From positions 806,807 to 870,806 of the forward strand of contig CBFDEM010000051.1 of NCBI GenBank assembly GCA_965603825.1: a stretch of 64,000 nucleotides of DNA. Direction: 5' to 3'. The translations under genes were made by a program, and so were the position numbers. This document shows positions 12,793 through 25,464 of this stretch, piece by piece. Numbering within the stretch: the first letter of the stretch is position 1; every line of letters begins with the position of its first letter. The stretch is from Blepharisma stoltei ATCC 30299. Taxonomy: Eukaryota; Protista; Ciliophora. The notes below the pieces were generated by a model, which was not told where the DNA came from, did no database searches, and worked only from the letters and a program-made list of their open reading frames with translations.

Positions 12793-14372
12793 CCTTTATC
12801 TTTTAAATCTGGCAAATTATTTATAATTTCTTTACCCAGCATAATTAATATCTTTATATTCTTTATTATTTGCATGAAACTAAAGCTTTTCCCAAGTGAA
12901 AATTCAATAGCAAATTTTAAAGAAAAATGTTTCATTATTTTGCTTATATTTTTCTTCTTGCCACAACTATTATGTTTAAGCACTTCGCATCTTAAAAGCA
13001 TTATGTGTTATGGCTATGTATAAGAAACATTTATTCCAATTACTCCCTGCAATTTTTGGCAATTCAATTATTTTAAGTACCAAATAATACAAATTTTGTT
13101 ATAATAAATGAGTTTTAGTCCAAATATAATTAAGCAAAATCTTAGATAATTACCCATTAAAAAACTGATAATTGAATAGGAAATAAAAAAGAGGCACCTC
13201 TAGTGCGATAATAGCTGATATTAATTGATAGATGTACGCCCTAATTTAAATTAGAAAATATATATTAAATAGAGTCATTATCAGTCTGCCTTCTGGTGAG
13301 GCAGTCCAGATCTTAAAGCTAACCCTATAATTTGTGGAATTTATTGCTGGAAGTTGGATAAACCTTATGCACGAGAGGTGGCTTCTTCAAAATATATTTT
13401 AGTGTCTGTCTTCAATATCTAGCCTAGCCTCTTTAATTGAGAAGGTTATTTAGTGTGTAGGATTGCCACCCTCAAGTCTGAGAAAATCTGCATTTGAAGT
13501 CTCCACAGTTATATGATTCCATAGCTAATTTTTTTAATGCAAATTGCAATTCCATGAATCAAGATCTTTCACAATTAAGGTAATGTTTAAAAATAGAGCA
13601 TGAGCTTTTGCTTTATTTGTTGTATGCAATATTGCTTGGGCAGAGTCTTCAGCAAAGGAGTCTATTCATCCCTGATAGTGATCTCGTGACGTGGACGCAA
13701 TCAATGATTCCTTATAGGGTTATCTCAGCCATGTTTAGGCAGCAGAATGCTCCATAAGGAATTATACACTTATTTATGGCAGGTATTTCATCCACAAATC
13801 AATGAAAAAATCCTATAAGCTCAGACCCCCACATCAAATTTCTACTTATGATGAGGCTAAGATCCCTATTCCAGGAACAAGTCGTTGGCATAAATTTTTT
13901 TATAGTTTTAACATAATGGCGAACAGCTTAGTATGAAGAAAAATAACAAATCTCCAAGAATTCAACAGACTTATAGTATTCCTTTAAAATTATCTGAATG
14001 TCTCATCTTAGATAGAGTTCATATAGGATAAATTAAGCTTCTTTTTAAAATTTTACCATAAAATTAACCCCTATTTGGTTACTCGTCAAAGAAGGAAAGT
14101 AATTATTGAATAGAACTCAAAAAACTCTGCCAGAAATTATTCAAATAGTCCAAATTCAGCACCTTTTCCTTCAATTCTTATTGCAAAATTCAAAGTGTGG
14201 AAGTTTTATAAGTATTTTTCGTACTTATTTATCTTATAATCAAAGCATTAAGCATGATGTAGTTTCAATTATAACAAATTAATGAGAAATTTTGAAGATG
14301 AATTTCAAAAATTAACCTGATTTGTAATAATTCAATCTACGATTATTGAGAATAAATATAAATAGGCATGAC

Positions 14373-15341
14373 ATGAAGAAAACTTATATATTAAATAAGT
14401 ACGGAAAACGAAATAATGCAGCGCATAATCTGAACTCCGACGTTGATTATCCTCCTAAGTTTGAAAATAGAAGAGAATTCATAGTTCAAGACAACTATCC
14501 CATCTCATCTCCATACCAGTTAATAGACAACCCTGAAGTCCCAAATCTATCATATCTACAAGCTCCAGCAACATTTATGCCTGCTTTTATGCAAGAAGAG
14601 TCCCAAATTAGTGCTGTGAAATGCAGCTCTAAAGGATGCAATATAAACGCAACATCCTGATGCCGCTGTAAAAATCAATACTTGCATTTCTGTGATGAGC
14701 ATTTAGGAAACCATATTATAAATTCTCCTGGGAGTCACAACTTTCGAAAATTACTTGATGGCTCAAATATACAAACCAATAGTGATTTTTTGCTTTATAT
14801 GCAATATAAAATGCAACTCCTGCGAGATTTAAAGGAAAAATTAGTAAATGAAGTCTATACTGAGATATGCAAATTAGAAAATAGCTTAATGATTTTTATT
14901 GAAAAAATTGACCAAGAAATTGCTTCATTTGAGTTCAAGTTTAATGAAACTACTCAAGAGTTTCAAAGCTGCTACTGGTATAAAAATGACGATTATTTTA
15001 ATCAGCTACCATATGAAGCAGCTGAATTTATCAAAGAAAATCAGAAAACGTCTATTTCTGAGGCTTCATATGAAACAATAATATCAGAAATTTATAAAGA
15101 ACTAGGTTGTGTTAAAAATACAGGATTTCCAGAGATATCAAGGCAAAATGAATATGAAGTAACTAATCCAAGGCCAGGCGATCGAGTTATCCCATTACCG
15201 CCACGTCAATATATTCAAATACCCAAGCCTCCGGTTTATCAACAGTTCAAGCCTTATGAGGATCTACAGCCAGGCCCATGCTTAAGTTCTTACTATCCTT
15301 CGAATCTAGAAACTGCAAAATTCAAATCCAAATTAATATAA
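14373..15341 (+). CDS. Zn-finger coiled-coil protein, duplicate of the 11791 gene
   Basis: ORFs 14346-14660 and 14682-15341 join through TGA 14658-14660. The core is nearly identical to the 11791 gene. Confidence 0.82.
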
Positions 15342-16439
15342 CCTTTTATTTTTTTAAATTTGGCGAATTATTTTAATTTGTTTATCCAAACATAATTAAT
15401 GTCTTTATATTTTTTTTCTGGTCACTACTATTATTGAAATAGGTTAAGGCGCTTCCGATATGAAAAACCATGAATGCGTTATGACTATATATAAGAAACA
15501 TTTATTCCAATTGCTCCCTGAAATTTTCGACAATTCATTTCCTTTAAGCACCAAATAATGCACCTTTTTTGTAATTGGTAAGTTTCAGTCCAAATATAAT
15601 TAAGCAAAATCTTAGATAACTACCCTTATGGTTCAATAAGTGATGACTGAGTTAAAGGAAATAAATAAGAGAGACAGCGCTCTGGTGCGATAATAGCTAA
15701 TATTAATTAATAGATATACACCCTAACTTAAATTAGAAAATATATATTAAATAGAGTCACTGTCAGTCTGCCTTCTTGGTGAAACAGTCCAGATCTTAAA
15801 GCTAAGGCGATATGAGATAATTGAATCAAGAGTAGCCTAGACAGAAATATTGGTATCTTTCATTTGCTAGAAATTGAATTGTTCAGCAATATTCTTAGAA
15901 TAGTTAGGCAAACCTCTACAGAAAACTATGAGTTTCAATTTGGGCAACAAGAACAGTTTTCCACTTCATGTTAGATTCAAAAATACTCCTGGGATCAAGC
16001 TACTCCTATTGTCCTTTGCAGGCCCGAAAAATCCATAAGTTGCCTACTAAGACTGAAGCCTAATACGAGCAGCATAACCTTTTCCTATAATTTGTGGATG
16101 AATCTTCTGCACGAAAGATATATTAATGGCTTTTCAAAATATAGTTAGTGTCTGTTTTCAATATCTAGCCTAACCTCTTAAATTGAGAAGGTTATTTAAC
16201 CTTTAGGATTGTCACCTTCAGGTCTGAGAAAATCTGCATTTGAGTCTCCACACTTATATGACTCCATAGCTGATTTTTTTAATGCAAATTGCAATTCAAC
16301 AAATCAAGATCCTTCACAATTAAGGTAATGATTGAAAATTAAATTTCGTTTCATTTTTAATATTTGTTAAATTTCCAACTCTAAACATCATAGATTATAT
16401 AATGAACAAAATTATTACATATAAAGCAATAAATAAATA

Positions 16440-16570
16440 TGATTAAAGCTAAAAGCAGCTTTGAAGCATGCCAGACATAGCAACTGCTCGATAATTTTGT
16501 GAAAATCAGGACCTGTTTTTCTGTGCTGGGCGCAATTAAAGAACCCATTGATTTTTCAGGCAAGTATTGT
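16440..16570 (+). pseudogene. Degenerate N-terminal Zn-finger fragment of the family
   Basis: Reads MIKAKSSFEACQT* then ATAR*FCENQDLFFCAG, matching MRTLICTFGGCQAKAIAKCSCKNPELLLCAG but with stops. Confidence 0.6.
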
Positions 16571-17205
16571 TTGGGCCAGAGTCTGCAGAAAGGAGTATAT
16601 TTACCCCTGATACTGATCTGGTGATGAGGACACAATCAATGATTCCTTATAGGACTATCTCCACCATGCTAAGGCGGCAGAATGCTCCACAATAAATTAT
16701 ACACTTATTTATGGAATATTTTATCAAAAAAATCGATGAGAAAATCTTATAATATCAGGCCCCACACTTAAGATGAGGCGAAGGTTCCTAGTCCAGGACC
16801 AAGTCATTGCCATCAATAGCTTTCACAATGGCAAACAGCTTAGTTTGAAGAAAAATAAAAAACCTCAGGAATTCACAAACATATAGAATTTCTGTCATAT
16901 TATCCGGATGTCTCATCTTAGATAGAGCTCATACAGGAAAACTTATTCTTTTATCCTTTCCTGCCCATTAATCATTTAGTGCATTTTCAGATGCAATAAA
17001 TGTCGAATTAGTACTTGTTTAACTTTACCTTATATTATAATTCTGGAGATTTGCAAAGAATAAATCTAGCTCTTTTTAATATTATAAGGCGAAATTTGAA
17101 TAATTCATATCAATTTAACACCTGATTGCTATTTTATAAAATATTATACTAATAAAAAAATTTGATATCCATATAAAGTAGCACTATAATTTAATTTCAT
17201 TCAAA

Positions 17206-18957
17206 TTACTCAATAGAATTAAGGCATGAAATAAACTCAGGGTCTTCGTTAAGAATCTTAAAAGCATCTTTAAACCTTGGCCTCTCCCCATACTTATAAG
17301 CAAGCATCCGCCTTAGTAGTCTTTGAGCCCAAACCTGCTCTAAATTATCAATCTTTAGCATCAGCTCACTTTGCTTCTTTTTCTCATTAAAGCCTTTAAC
17401 CGGCTGCATTGTAACCATCATCAAAAATGTAAGTCCTAGAGAATAAACATCCGACTTTTCCTTGCTAAACTTAATTTTCTCATCAAATTTCTTTGTGCGC
17501 ATATAAATTTCGTGGCGTATTTTCAACTCAGGCGACATCCAGCTTTTGGTTCCCTTGAAAAAATTAAGATATTCTGCATCTTGATATGAAGCTTCAATTG
17601 TATTAAAGGTTTCCGACAAATCGAAGTCTCCCAGCTTGTATTGTCCTCCACTTGCGATAAAAATATTTTGGGGTTTTATATCACAGTGATTTATTTTCCT
17701 TTCTCGTAATTTTCTGAAAATATCAAGGAGGGCGTAAAACTTTTGGGCGAGTTCACGATTTTCATAGCGGAGACTTTTTTGGCTCAGATTCGCGATCTCA
17801 TGCAGAAGAGTGGATTCACAGTATTCGAGGACTATACAAAGACTATGGTAATCTCTTTCAGAATTCTCAGAAAAATGTCCGTAATAGGTTAAGGCAAAAT
17901 CCATCCCGGTTTGAGAAAATTTTTCGTAGATTTCTACTTCGTTCTCGCAGTTTTGGATGACTTCTCTGCTATCACTGGCTTCTTTGCTATCACTGGTGTT
18001 GGATTTAGCTTTTGCAACTCTAAATTTTTTTAAAGCAACAATTGTTCCAGTTTGCCTAATTTTTGCTTTTATAACCTCGATATGGACTGCTCCTCTATCA
18101 ACGCTGTATATGGTTGCATCTGGATCTTTTTTGTCAATGATAAGCTGATTTATATTTGTCACCCTAAATATAGCTCTTGGTTTTTCTACTAAATTCTCCC
18201 TCTCTTTAGCCTCTTCATCAAACGGCTCTAGTCTTTCTATTTTTTCATTGATATCTAGCCGGCAATCAATTGAAGTGATTCAGTTAAAAATTCTTTTCCC
18301 ACTACTATCTAAAACGCTAGTCAAATTTTGATCTGAGCGATTTTGAATTAAATCTTTATAAGTTTTCCGAAACAAATTATAAGCTGTGATTGCCACTAAA
18401 TCGTTTGTCTTTTTCTTCAATGCATCGTTTTTTAAAATGCTAATGATGTCAAGATAGCATTCTCTTAGCATCCAAATATCAAAATTAAACCTCTTTTCAA
18501 TTCGCCAGGCATTTAATCCTAAATAGATTTCATTTTCAATATCTGAAAAATTATCATAAGCCAGCTCGATTTTTATTCTTTTAATTTCTTTTACCAACCT
18601 TGAAATTGAATCTAAATCAGAAGAAAGTTTAATAGCTCTACCGATTTTTCTAATTAAAATTGCTATGGTTTCGAAAGAGTGTCATTTAATGCAATTATTG
18701 AGATCAGCAAGTAAAGTGACACAATGCATGAAGACTTCTGGTATAGGAGCTTTTGTTGCAAAAAATGTTTGAAGATAGCGGGCATAGTAAAGATGAATTA
18801 TATCATTTTCTAAAAAACTTGGATTGCTTAGAATTGATTGCTTAATTTCTTGTAATTTTTCTCATTGGATAAGGACTTTGGTATTCAGCAAAATTATAAG
18901 ACTATCCGGCAAAGAATTGGCAAGTCTTTCTACTAAAATAGTTATCAATTCTTCCAT
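17206..18957 (-). CDS. Ser/Thr-type protein kinase with N-terminal helical domain (subfamily A)
   Basis: One 583-aa frame through three TGA=Trp codons, starting MEELITIL. Motifs VALK, HCDIKPQN, DFD, SPE, SDVYSLG, ERP. Confidence 0.87.
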
Positions 18958-19419
18958 CTGCTTTAATAATTTTATATTATAATTTATAGAATTGAACATG
19001 GCATTAAACTTAAATTAATTATTTATGAAATTTTATATTTATTATTCTTTATTTGAGCTGCCTTGGTTATTAAATTAACATTAGGCTGAATATGTGTACA
19101 ATTTTTTATTAATTTTTACTTTTTCTTTTTGCTCTGATACCTTTTTTATAATAAATAAAAGCGTTTAAACTAGGTTCTTTATTAATTAAAATTAGTTCCT
19201 GGGTAAATAAATCCATTTTTAAATATTTTAAGCGAAGAATAAATTGTTTATTGCAACATTGAGCCTGAATATATTTTTGTTGTGGATGAGAAAATTTTCA
19301 AGTTAGATTTTTATTTAGTCTTATATAAAGCAACTCCCATAAAATTTTATTTAACTTCATTTTCTAATATTAATCAAATCAATGAAGGATGATTATAGCA
19401 AAGTATGGATTATCTAAAA

Positions 19420-19990
19420 ATATTGTAATGCATATGAAATCTATAATGCCTGTTGATTTAAATCCTTAAATTCTACTAGATTTCTAATGTCATCACTGCA
19501 AACTAATAAATAAGTAGGCCATTGAATATTGGCTATGATCATCCTAAACTTCTTATAAATGTTAAACCATCAATCTTAGAAAAGCTTGTGCATGCCTAAA
19601 ATCAATCATTCCATACATTATTCAACTTTGCGACCTTAAAATCTTTTTGATATTCTTTTTATTATAGGTGCTCATAAACTCGGGATATTGCTTTTCTAAA
19701 TGAGAATTGCTTAAAGTGGATTCTAAGTGACAACTTCTTTGATAATCTCATCAGCCTTTTTATTTTGAGGCTTTTTTTATCTAATACTCACCTGAGGATC
19801 ATGATTAAAGTGTTGACTAATTATTTCAGCAAAGGTATTTCCCGCTAATGGATGCTTCACCTTGTAAGAAGCGCGGCAATTTTTTTCTTTGCAATAATAA
19901 TATGTATAATCTCCATATGTAGATTTTATTCGATAAGTAGCTTTATCGATTACTAATTGGGCATCTTGCTTGTACCACTTAAACTTCTTC
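19420..19990 (-). mobile_element. Degenerate FLYWCH/WRKY-type zinc finger, probable MULE transposase remnant
   Basis: Minus strand reads LVIDKATYRIKSTYGDYTYYYCKEKNCRASYKVKHPLAGNTFAEIISQHFNHDP (C-x4-C...H-xx-H), followed by stops and frameshifts. Confidence 0.55.
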
Positions 19991-20185
19991 AGTTCTTTAG
20001 CTCTATAAAGTATTTTTAGATAATATTTTTATCACTAATCTAATTCTACCAGATAAAATTTAAAAATTAATAATAATTTTGAGCGGAATAAGAATACTAA
20101 TAATACAGATCATAAGCCTAATGCTACTAGAACATTTTCCTATATAATTTATACACCATATATAATATAGAAAAGCAGATATAAA

Positions 20186-21256
20186 ATGGAAAGCCATAAA
20201 TGCATGTTTGAGCTTTGTGAACAGCCTGCAAAAATAAAATGCTCTTGCAAAATTCCAGTACTTTATTTTTGTATAAACCACATTGGCCACCATCTCATTA
20301 TGTTAGGTTCTCACAACTTTGAAAACCTTTCAATCAAAACCGATTTTCAACCTACCTCAAAAGTGGAAATTTTAAAATACTTTTTATTGCAAATTAAAGA
20401 GCTGGAAGGCTTAAAATCAAATCTGATAAGCCAAGTCTTTTCATCTGTTAAAGCTATATCATTTCAACTAAGCAAAGTTTTGAAGCAGTTAAATGCAGAG
20501 CTCAGATTATTTAAAGAAGAAATGATAAAAGTTATCAATGAGAAAGATATCTTCAGCTCGGAAAATTTAACAATGTCAGGGACTGATACAATCAAGCTTC
20601 TTGAAGAAAAAAATCCTTTAAAAGACATTTCATTAGAAAAACTTATAATAGAAACATTTGAGTTTGTGAAAGGCTTAAAATTGGTTAATCATGAAAATTG
20701 TGCTACAAAAGAAGAATTAGCTGAATCCCAACAAGAAAAGTTTGAGCTCTCAGCTCAAATTTCTATTTTGAACGAAAAAATAAGCGCTCTAAAGGAAGAA
20801 AACTTAAATATTTCTAATAAAATTTCGATTGCTGAAAAAGAGCTGGGAGATGTAAGAACAGAGAATGAGCACTTATCTGAAAAAATTTGCCTTATAAACA
20901 AAGAACTATCCATCTATAAAGACCAAAGTTCCCAACTTTCGAGCCAAGTTTCCAGTATTTCATTAGAGCTTAATAAGTCAAATTTAGAAAAGTCAAATCT
21001 TTCTCACCAAAATTCCCTTATTACACAAGAGCTCAATAATTTCAAAACCGAAAATTCAAGACTTTCAAATCAATTCAATCTTACTACTCAAGAACTTAAT
21101 AACTGCAAGGCTGAAAATTCAAGGCTAACCCAAGAGTTAAATAACTGTAGATCAGAAATAACGAGACTAAATCAATGCCGTGATATGGGTCCTCCTGGAG
21201 GTTGGCATCATCCTCCTCCACCCCCGGGTCACCACCCACATCATCATAAAAAATAA
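20186..21256 (+). CDS. Zn-finger coiled-coil protein with Pro/His-rich tail
   Basis: CMFELC..CSC..FCINH..H..GSH, long heptad region, tail GPPGGWHHPPPPPGHHPHHHKK. Confidence 0.86.
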   Translation: MESHKCMFELCEQPAKIKCSCKIPVLYFCINHIGHHLIMLGSHNFENLSIKTDFQPTSKVEILKYFLLQIKELEGLKSNLISQVFSSVKAISFQLSKVLKQLNAELRLFKEEMIKVINEKDIFSSENLTMSGTDTIKLLEEKNPLKDISLEKLIIETFEFVKGLKLVNHENCATKEELAESQQEKFELSAQISILNEKISALKEENLNISNKISIAEKELGDVRTENEHLSEKICLINKELSIYKDQSSQLSSQVSSISLELNKSNLEKSNLSHQNSLITQELNNFKTENSRLSNQFNLTTQELNNCKAENSRLTQELNNCRSEITRLNQCRDMGPPGGWHHPPPPPGHHPHHHKK

Positions 21257-21604
21257 TAATATTTTAAGTAGACTAATTAATTTAATAATTTAAGTATAAA
21301 GATCAGCTTAATACCTATAATAGCATTAATATTTTATGAAATGTATAAAAAACTTTCCACTGATATATGAAGCTTATAATTTATGAAAAAAGATATTCAT
21401 TTTTGGCTAAAAATTATTTGAAATTCAGTTATGCCATATCAATTTCACAAATTTTTTATAGATTTAGCTCTAAAACTGCTCAATTCCTACAAATTTAAGA
21501 TAAAAGTTTAGTGATTTTTATTTATTAAGATTTTAACTATATACGATATTCAGCTTGCACAAGTTTCCTTTACTGCCATCATAATAAATTAATTTTATTA
21601 CCAT

Positions 21605-23314
21605 TTAATCAGACGAATTAAGGCACAAAATAAACTCAGGATCCTCTTCAAGCATTTCAAACGCCTCTTCAAATCTTGGCCTCTCCTCATCAAGATAAGC
21701 AAGCATTCTTCTCAGCAATCTCTTGGCCCAATCCATTTGTAAATTTTCAATAATTTGTCTGAGCTCATCTTGATGTGCATGCTCATTAAACCCTCCAACT
21801 GGTCTAAGCGTAATCACCATAAGAAAAACGAGTCCAAGCGAATATACATCTGACCTCTCCTTGCTAAACTTTCTTTTGTCACAGGGGTTTCCGTTTACTT
21901 CCCAGCTTCTATATATCTCTTTCAGCTCTGGTGCCATATAATTTACAGTTCCCCCCAGAAATTCTCTGAGCTTTGTGCCTAGGTTTGATGCGTCACTTGT
22001 TTTAAAGGTTTCTGATAAATCAAAATCTCCGAGCTTAAGTCGCCCATCACTTGTGATAAAAATATTTTGGGGCTTTATATCACAATGATTGACTTTTTCT
22101 TTTCGTAATTTTCTGAATAAATCAAGGAGAGTATAGATAATTTGAGCGATTTCTCGATTTTGGTAAGTTCGGTCCTGCATTTTTAATCTTACTATTTCGT
22201 CAAAGAGGGTGCTATCACAGTATTCCAGAACGAGATTCAGTTTATACTGAACTTGCGTATTCTTTTTCTTTGTTGAAAGAAAGTGGCCATAATATTTTAA
22301 GGTAAAGTCTGTATTTTTCATTGCTAATTTTTCATAGATATCTTTTTCGTTATACCCATTCTGCAAGTTTTCCCTGACGTCGCTAATAAAACTTTTTACG
22401 ACTACGATTTCACCTGTATCTATAATTTTTGACTTATAAACTGCCAAGCGGTATGATCTCTTTTTAACACTTGCTAAGTATTGGCTATTGGAATATTGAT
22501 TATCCAATTGACTTTTCGTAGTCACTCGATAAATGCTACTTGGGTCCTTGTCGTATAGATCAATCTTTCCTATTATCGGCTCAAAATTTTCTATTTTTTC
22601 ATTTATATCGTGTCTGCAATTAATTGAACTCATCCAATTAGAAATCCTTTTTTCATCGCCATCTAAAGCATTCATAAAATTTTGGCTTAAATTGCCCCTA
22701 ATTAATCCACTATAAGTTTTTAGAAACCAAGCATAAACTTTAACAGCAACTAAGTCATTAATTTTTTGCTTTATTGTACTCTCAGCTAAAATGCTATCAA
22801 CATTATTATAGCATTCTCTCAGAGTTCAAACATTAAAATCTGGCCTTTTCTGGACTATCCAGGATTTTATCCCCAAGTAAATATCATTTTCGATATCTCT
22901 AAGATCATCTATTGCAAGCTCAGTTTTAGCTCTCTTGATTTCTTTTACCAGTTTCGAGATTAATTCTATTCCTAGAGAAAGCTTAATAGAATTGCCTATT
23001 TTCCGGGTAATTATTGTGATGCAGTTTTCTAGGCTATAATCTCTGATACATTTTTTGAGATCAATAAGCAAAGTGATACCATGCATGTATGCTTCTGGTA
23101 TAGGATCATCTGTAGCAAAAAGTGTTTGAAGATAGCGAGCATAATAAAGATGAATTATATCGTCATTTGATAAGTCTCTATTGCTTACAATTGCTTGCTT
23201 TATTGCTTGCAATGTTTCTCATTGGATAAGATTTCTATGATCAAGTAAAATATCTATGTCGCCTAAAGAGTATTTAGAAAGCTTTTTCGATAAAATTATA
23301 ATCAATTCTTCCAT
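21605..23314 (-). CDS. Protein kinase, subfamily A paralog
   Basis: ORFs 22826-23212 and 21605-22675 join through TGA. Starts MEELII at 23314. Motifs HCDIKPQN, DFD, APE. Confidence 0.87.
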
Positions 23315-23631
23315 TCTTTAAAATATATTTATAGAATTAAGATGGTTTTATCTTTATTGCATAATTACTAATTATCAAAAAATATAAATACGAGGTATTC
23401 TTTATGATTAAAGATAATTTCATAGACTAATTTTGCAATAATTAGGGTGTATTATTTTTCTACTGAGAATTGAATTTTTTACTTTATTCAATTCTCAAAA
23501 TGTATATAATAGGTTAGATATTAAGCTTTTTTAGAACTTATGCATTAGTTTACAATATTTTAGTTTAGATTTAAAAATATTGATATTTCTTCAGTATTTT
23601 TATTTAAGTCACTAATTTCTCATAAAAATTT

Positions 23632-25358
23632 TTAAATAAAATTTGATCTTTCCCTATTTCTGTCATTCACAAATTCTCTATCCTGCTCGATCATTTCCAG
23701 CAATCTTCCAAATCTTGGCCGATAGCGGTAGTCATAAGTTAGCATTTCTCTAATTAAATTTGAGAGCCAAGGGATTTCAATCTGTCTGATTTGTTCTTCC
23801 CTTTTTTGGATGAACAACTCTTTATTCATTCTATGAATTGAAATTACTTCAAGGGTTGACATTTCTAAGATTACAAGACCTAACGAGTAAGCATCATTCA
23901 GCTCAAGACTATGCTCATGCATTTCTTGATTTTCGGGGCAGTTGAATTTTTCTGGAGATGAGTAATTTAGCGTTCCTTTATTAGAGTGTGGGCCTATCCC
24001 AGCCATCTCACTATTTCTTTCAGAAACCACTGAGATATTGAAATCAATAAGCTTAAATTCATTATCATAGCCTATCATAATATTTTCAGGCTTAATGTCT
24101 CTATGATATATTTGCTTCTTTTTTAATTCAGAAAGTCCCTTAATGAACGAATATGCGAAATGGGCGAGATCAGCCCTAGAGAACTGCTGTCCATTAGCTA
24201 TTAATTCACTTAGTTCTTTTTTGCATAGTTCCATTACAATAAAATGATTCTCGCCGTCTTCAAAATTGCTAAAATGCTGCAAAAAAAAGGGACCCTATTT
24301 CTGCTAGCATTTGGCCTATTTGAATTTCATTTCTATATTGATTTAGAACATCATTATCACTTCCATTATATTCTTTGACACATATAGGGTTTAGGTTTAA
24401 AAAGTTGTATCCTTCTCATACTGTAATATGCTTGTGTATTTTACTGATTGGAGACCTATCTAATTCAAGATCTGTAACTGATGCAATTATTTTAAAAAAT
24501 AGGTGAAAAGTCTGAGGAAGGAATGGAGTTTTTGAAAGGAAGCTCAATATTGGGAAGATTTAATAATCTTAAACTCAAAATATTGCTTGATTCTATTGCA
24601 AATCCTTTACAAAATCGAATAACTTCTTCTTCTATTTAGGATATAAATCATTAATGGGATATAAGAGTATAGCACTATATCAGAATATTCTCAATAAGAC
24701 TTTTATCACAAGTTACTGCATTTTCCTCTCTTAGCCGTCTACGAGCTTTTGCAATCCATGATTGATCAGAACTATATAAATCGAAGTTTCATGCTTCTTT
24801 TACTGTTTTTATAACAAAATAGCTTTTCATGAGGTCTTCTTCAGTTTTCACAAATTCTTGAATTTCAAGATCTATATACTCGCATCATCGCGTTTGTCCT
24901 GAAATAGGGATTTCAAAGTCAACTTCAATTTTTTTAAAGATATTTAGAGATTCAAAGGTCTTTTCAATGCTTTCATAAGACAAGAAGGTCTCATTTATGG
25001 AATTAATGATGCTTTTTAGAAAAGGCTCAAAATTCACATCACCTATATTTATTTTGCTGCATAGAGTTTTCATAATTTTGATTGTCTTTAGGTATTCAGG
25101 TATAAGAGTATATTCAGACTCTAGATTTATAAAATTTATTGATTGGATGAATTTTACGTAGTAAAAGGCTACTGCATAGAGGAATAAATCAGGAGCTGAA
25201 GTTGCGAGATTTTGGACACTTTGCTTGCTTTCTTTTAGGATGTTTAATGGGATTGTCCAAGAGCCAGATTCTAATAATTGACTGATTTCAATAAGAAGTC
25301 TTTCCCGATCTAAGCGATTTAAAAGGCCTAAAATACAGTTTTCAAGGGTTGGTTCCAT
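23632..25358 (-). pseudogene. Protein kinase pseudogene (subfamily B)
   Basis: Colinear with the 25465-27228 paralog but has in-frame TAG/TAA and frameshifts at ~24300-24680. The C-lobe (HRDIKPEN, DFN, SPE) is still open. Confidence 0.78.
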
Positions 25359-25464
25359 TTAATTAAAAAGATGTAGAAAACGCATTGATTTTAAATTACC
25401 CAATGGTAACACAATGCTGTGTCACTTGTTTCCTGAAACTTCTGAAGACATTTATTTTTATTTT

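Larger units (their letters stand above)
11480..16940. repeat. Tandem segmental duplication (~2.6 kb; ~11480-14040 vs ~14090-16940)
   Basis: Genes and non-coding flanks align, e.g. TAAGAAACATTTATTCCAATT at 13021/15492 and ATGTCTCATCTTAGATAGAG at ~13998/16908. Confidence 0.85.

Noticed and set aside
24300-24680. Tiny introns or TAA/TAG read-through rescuing kinase 3
   Set aside because: No suitable 15-16 nt GT-AG was seen at the lesions I checked. Several frameshifts are involved, and TAA/TAG are stops in all other genes.
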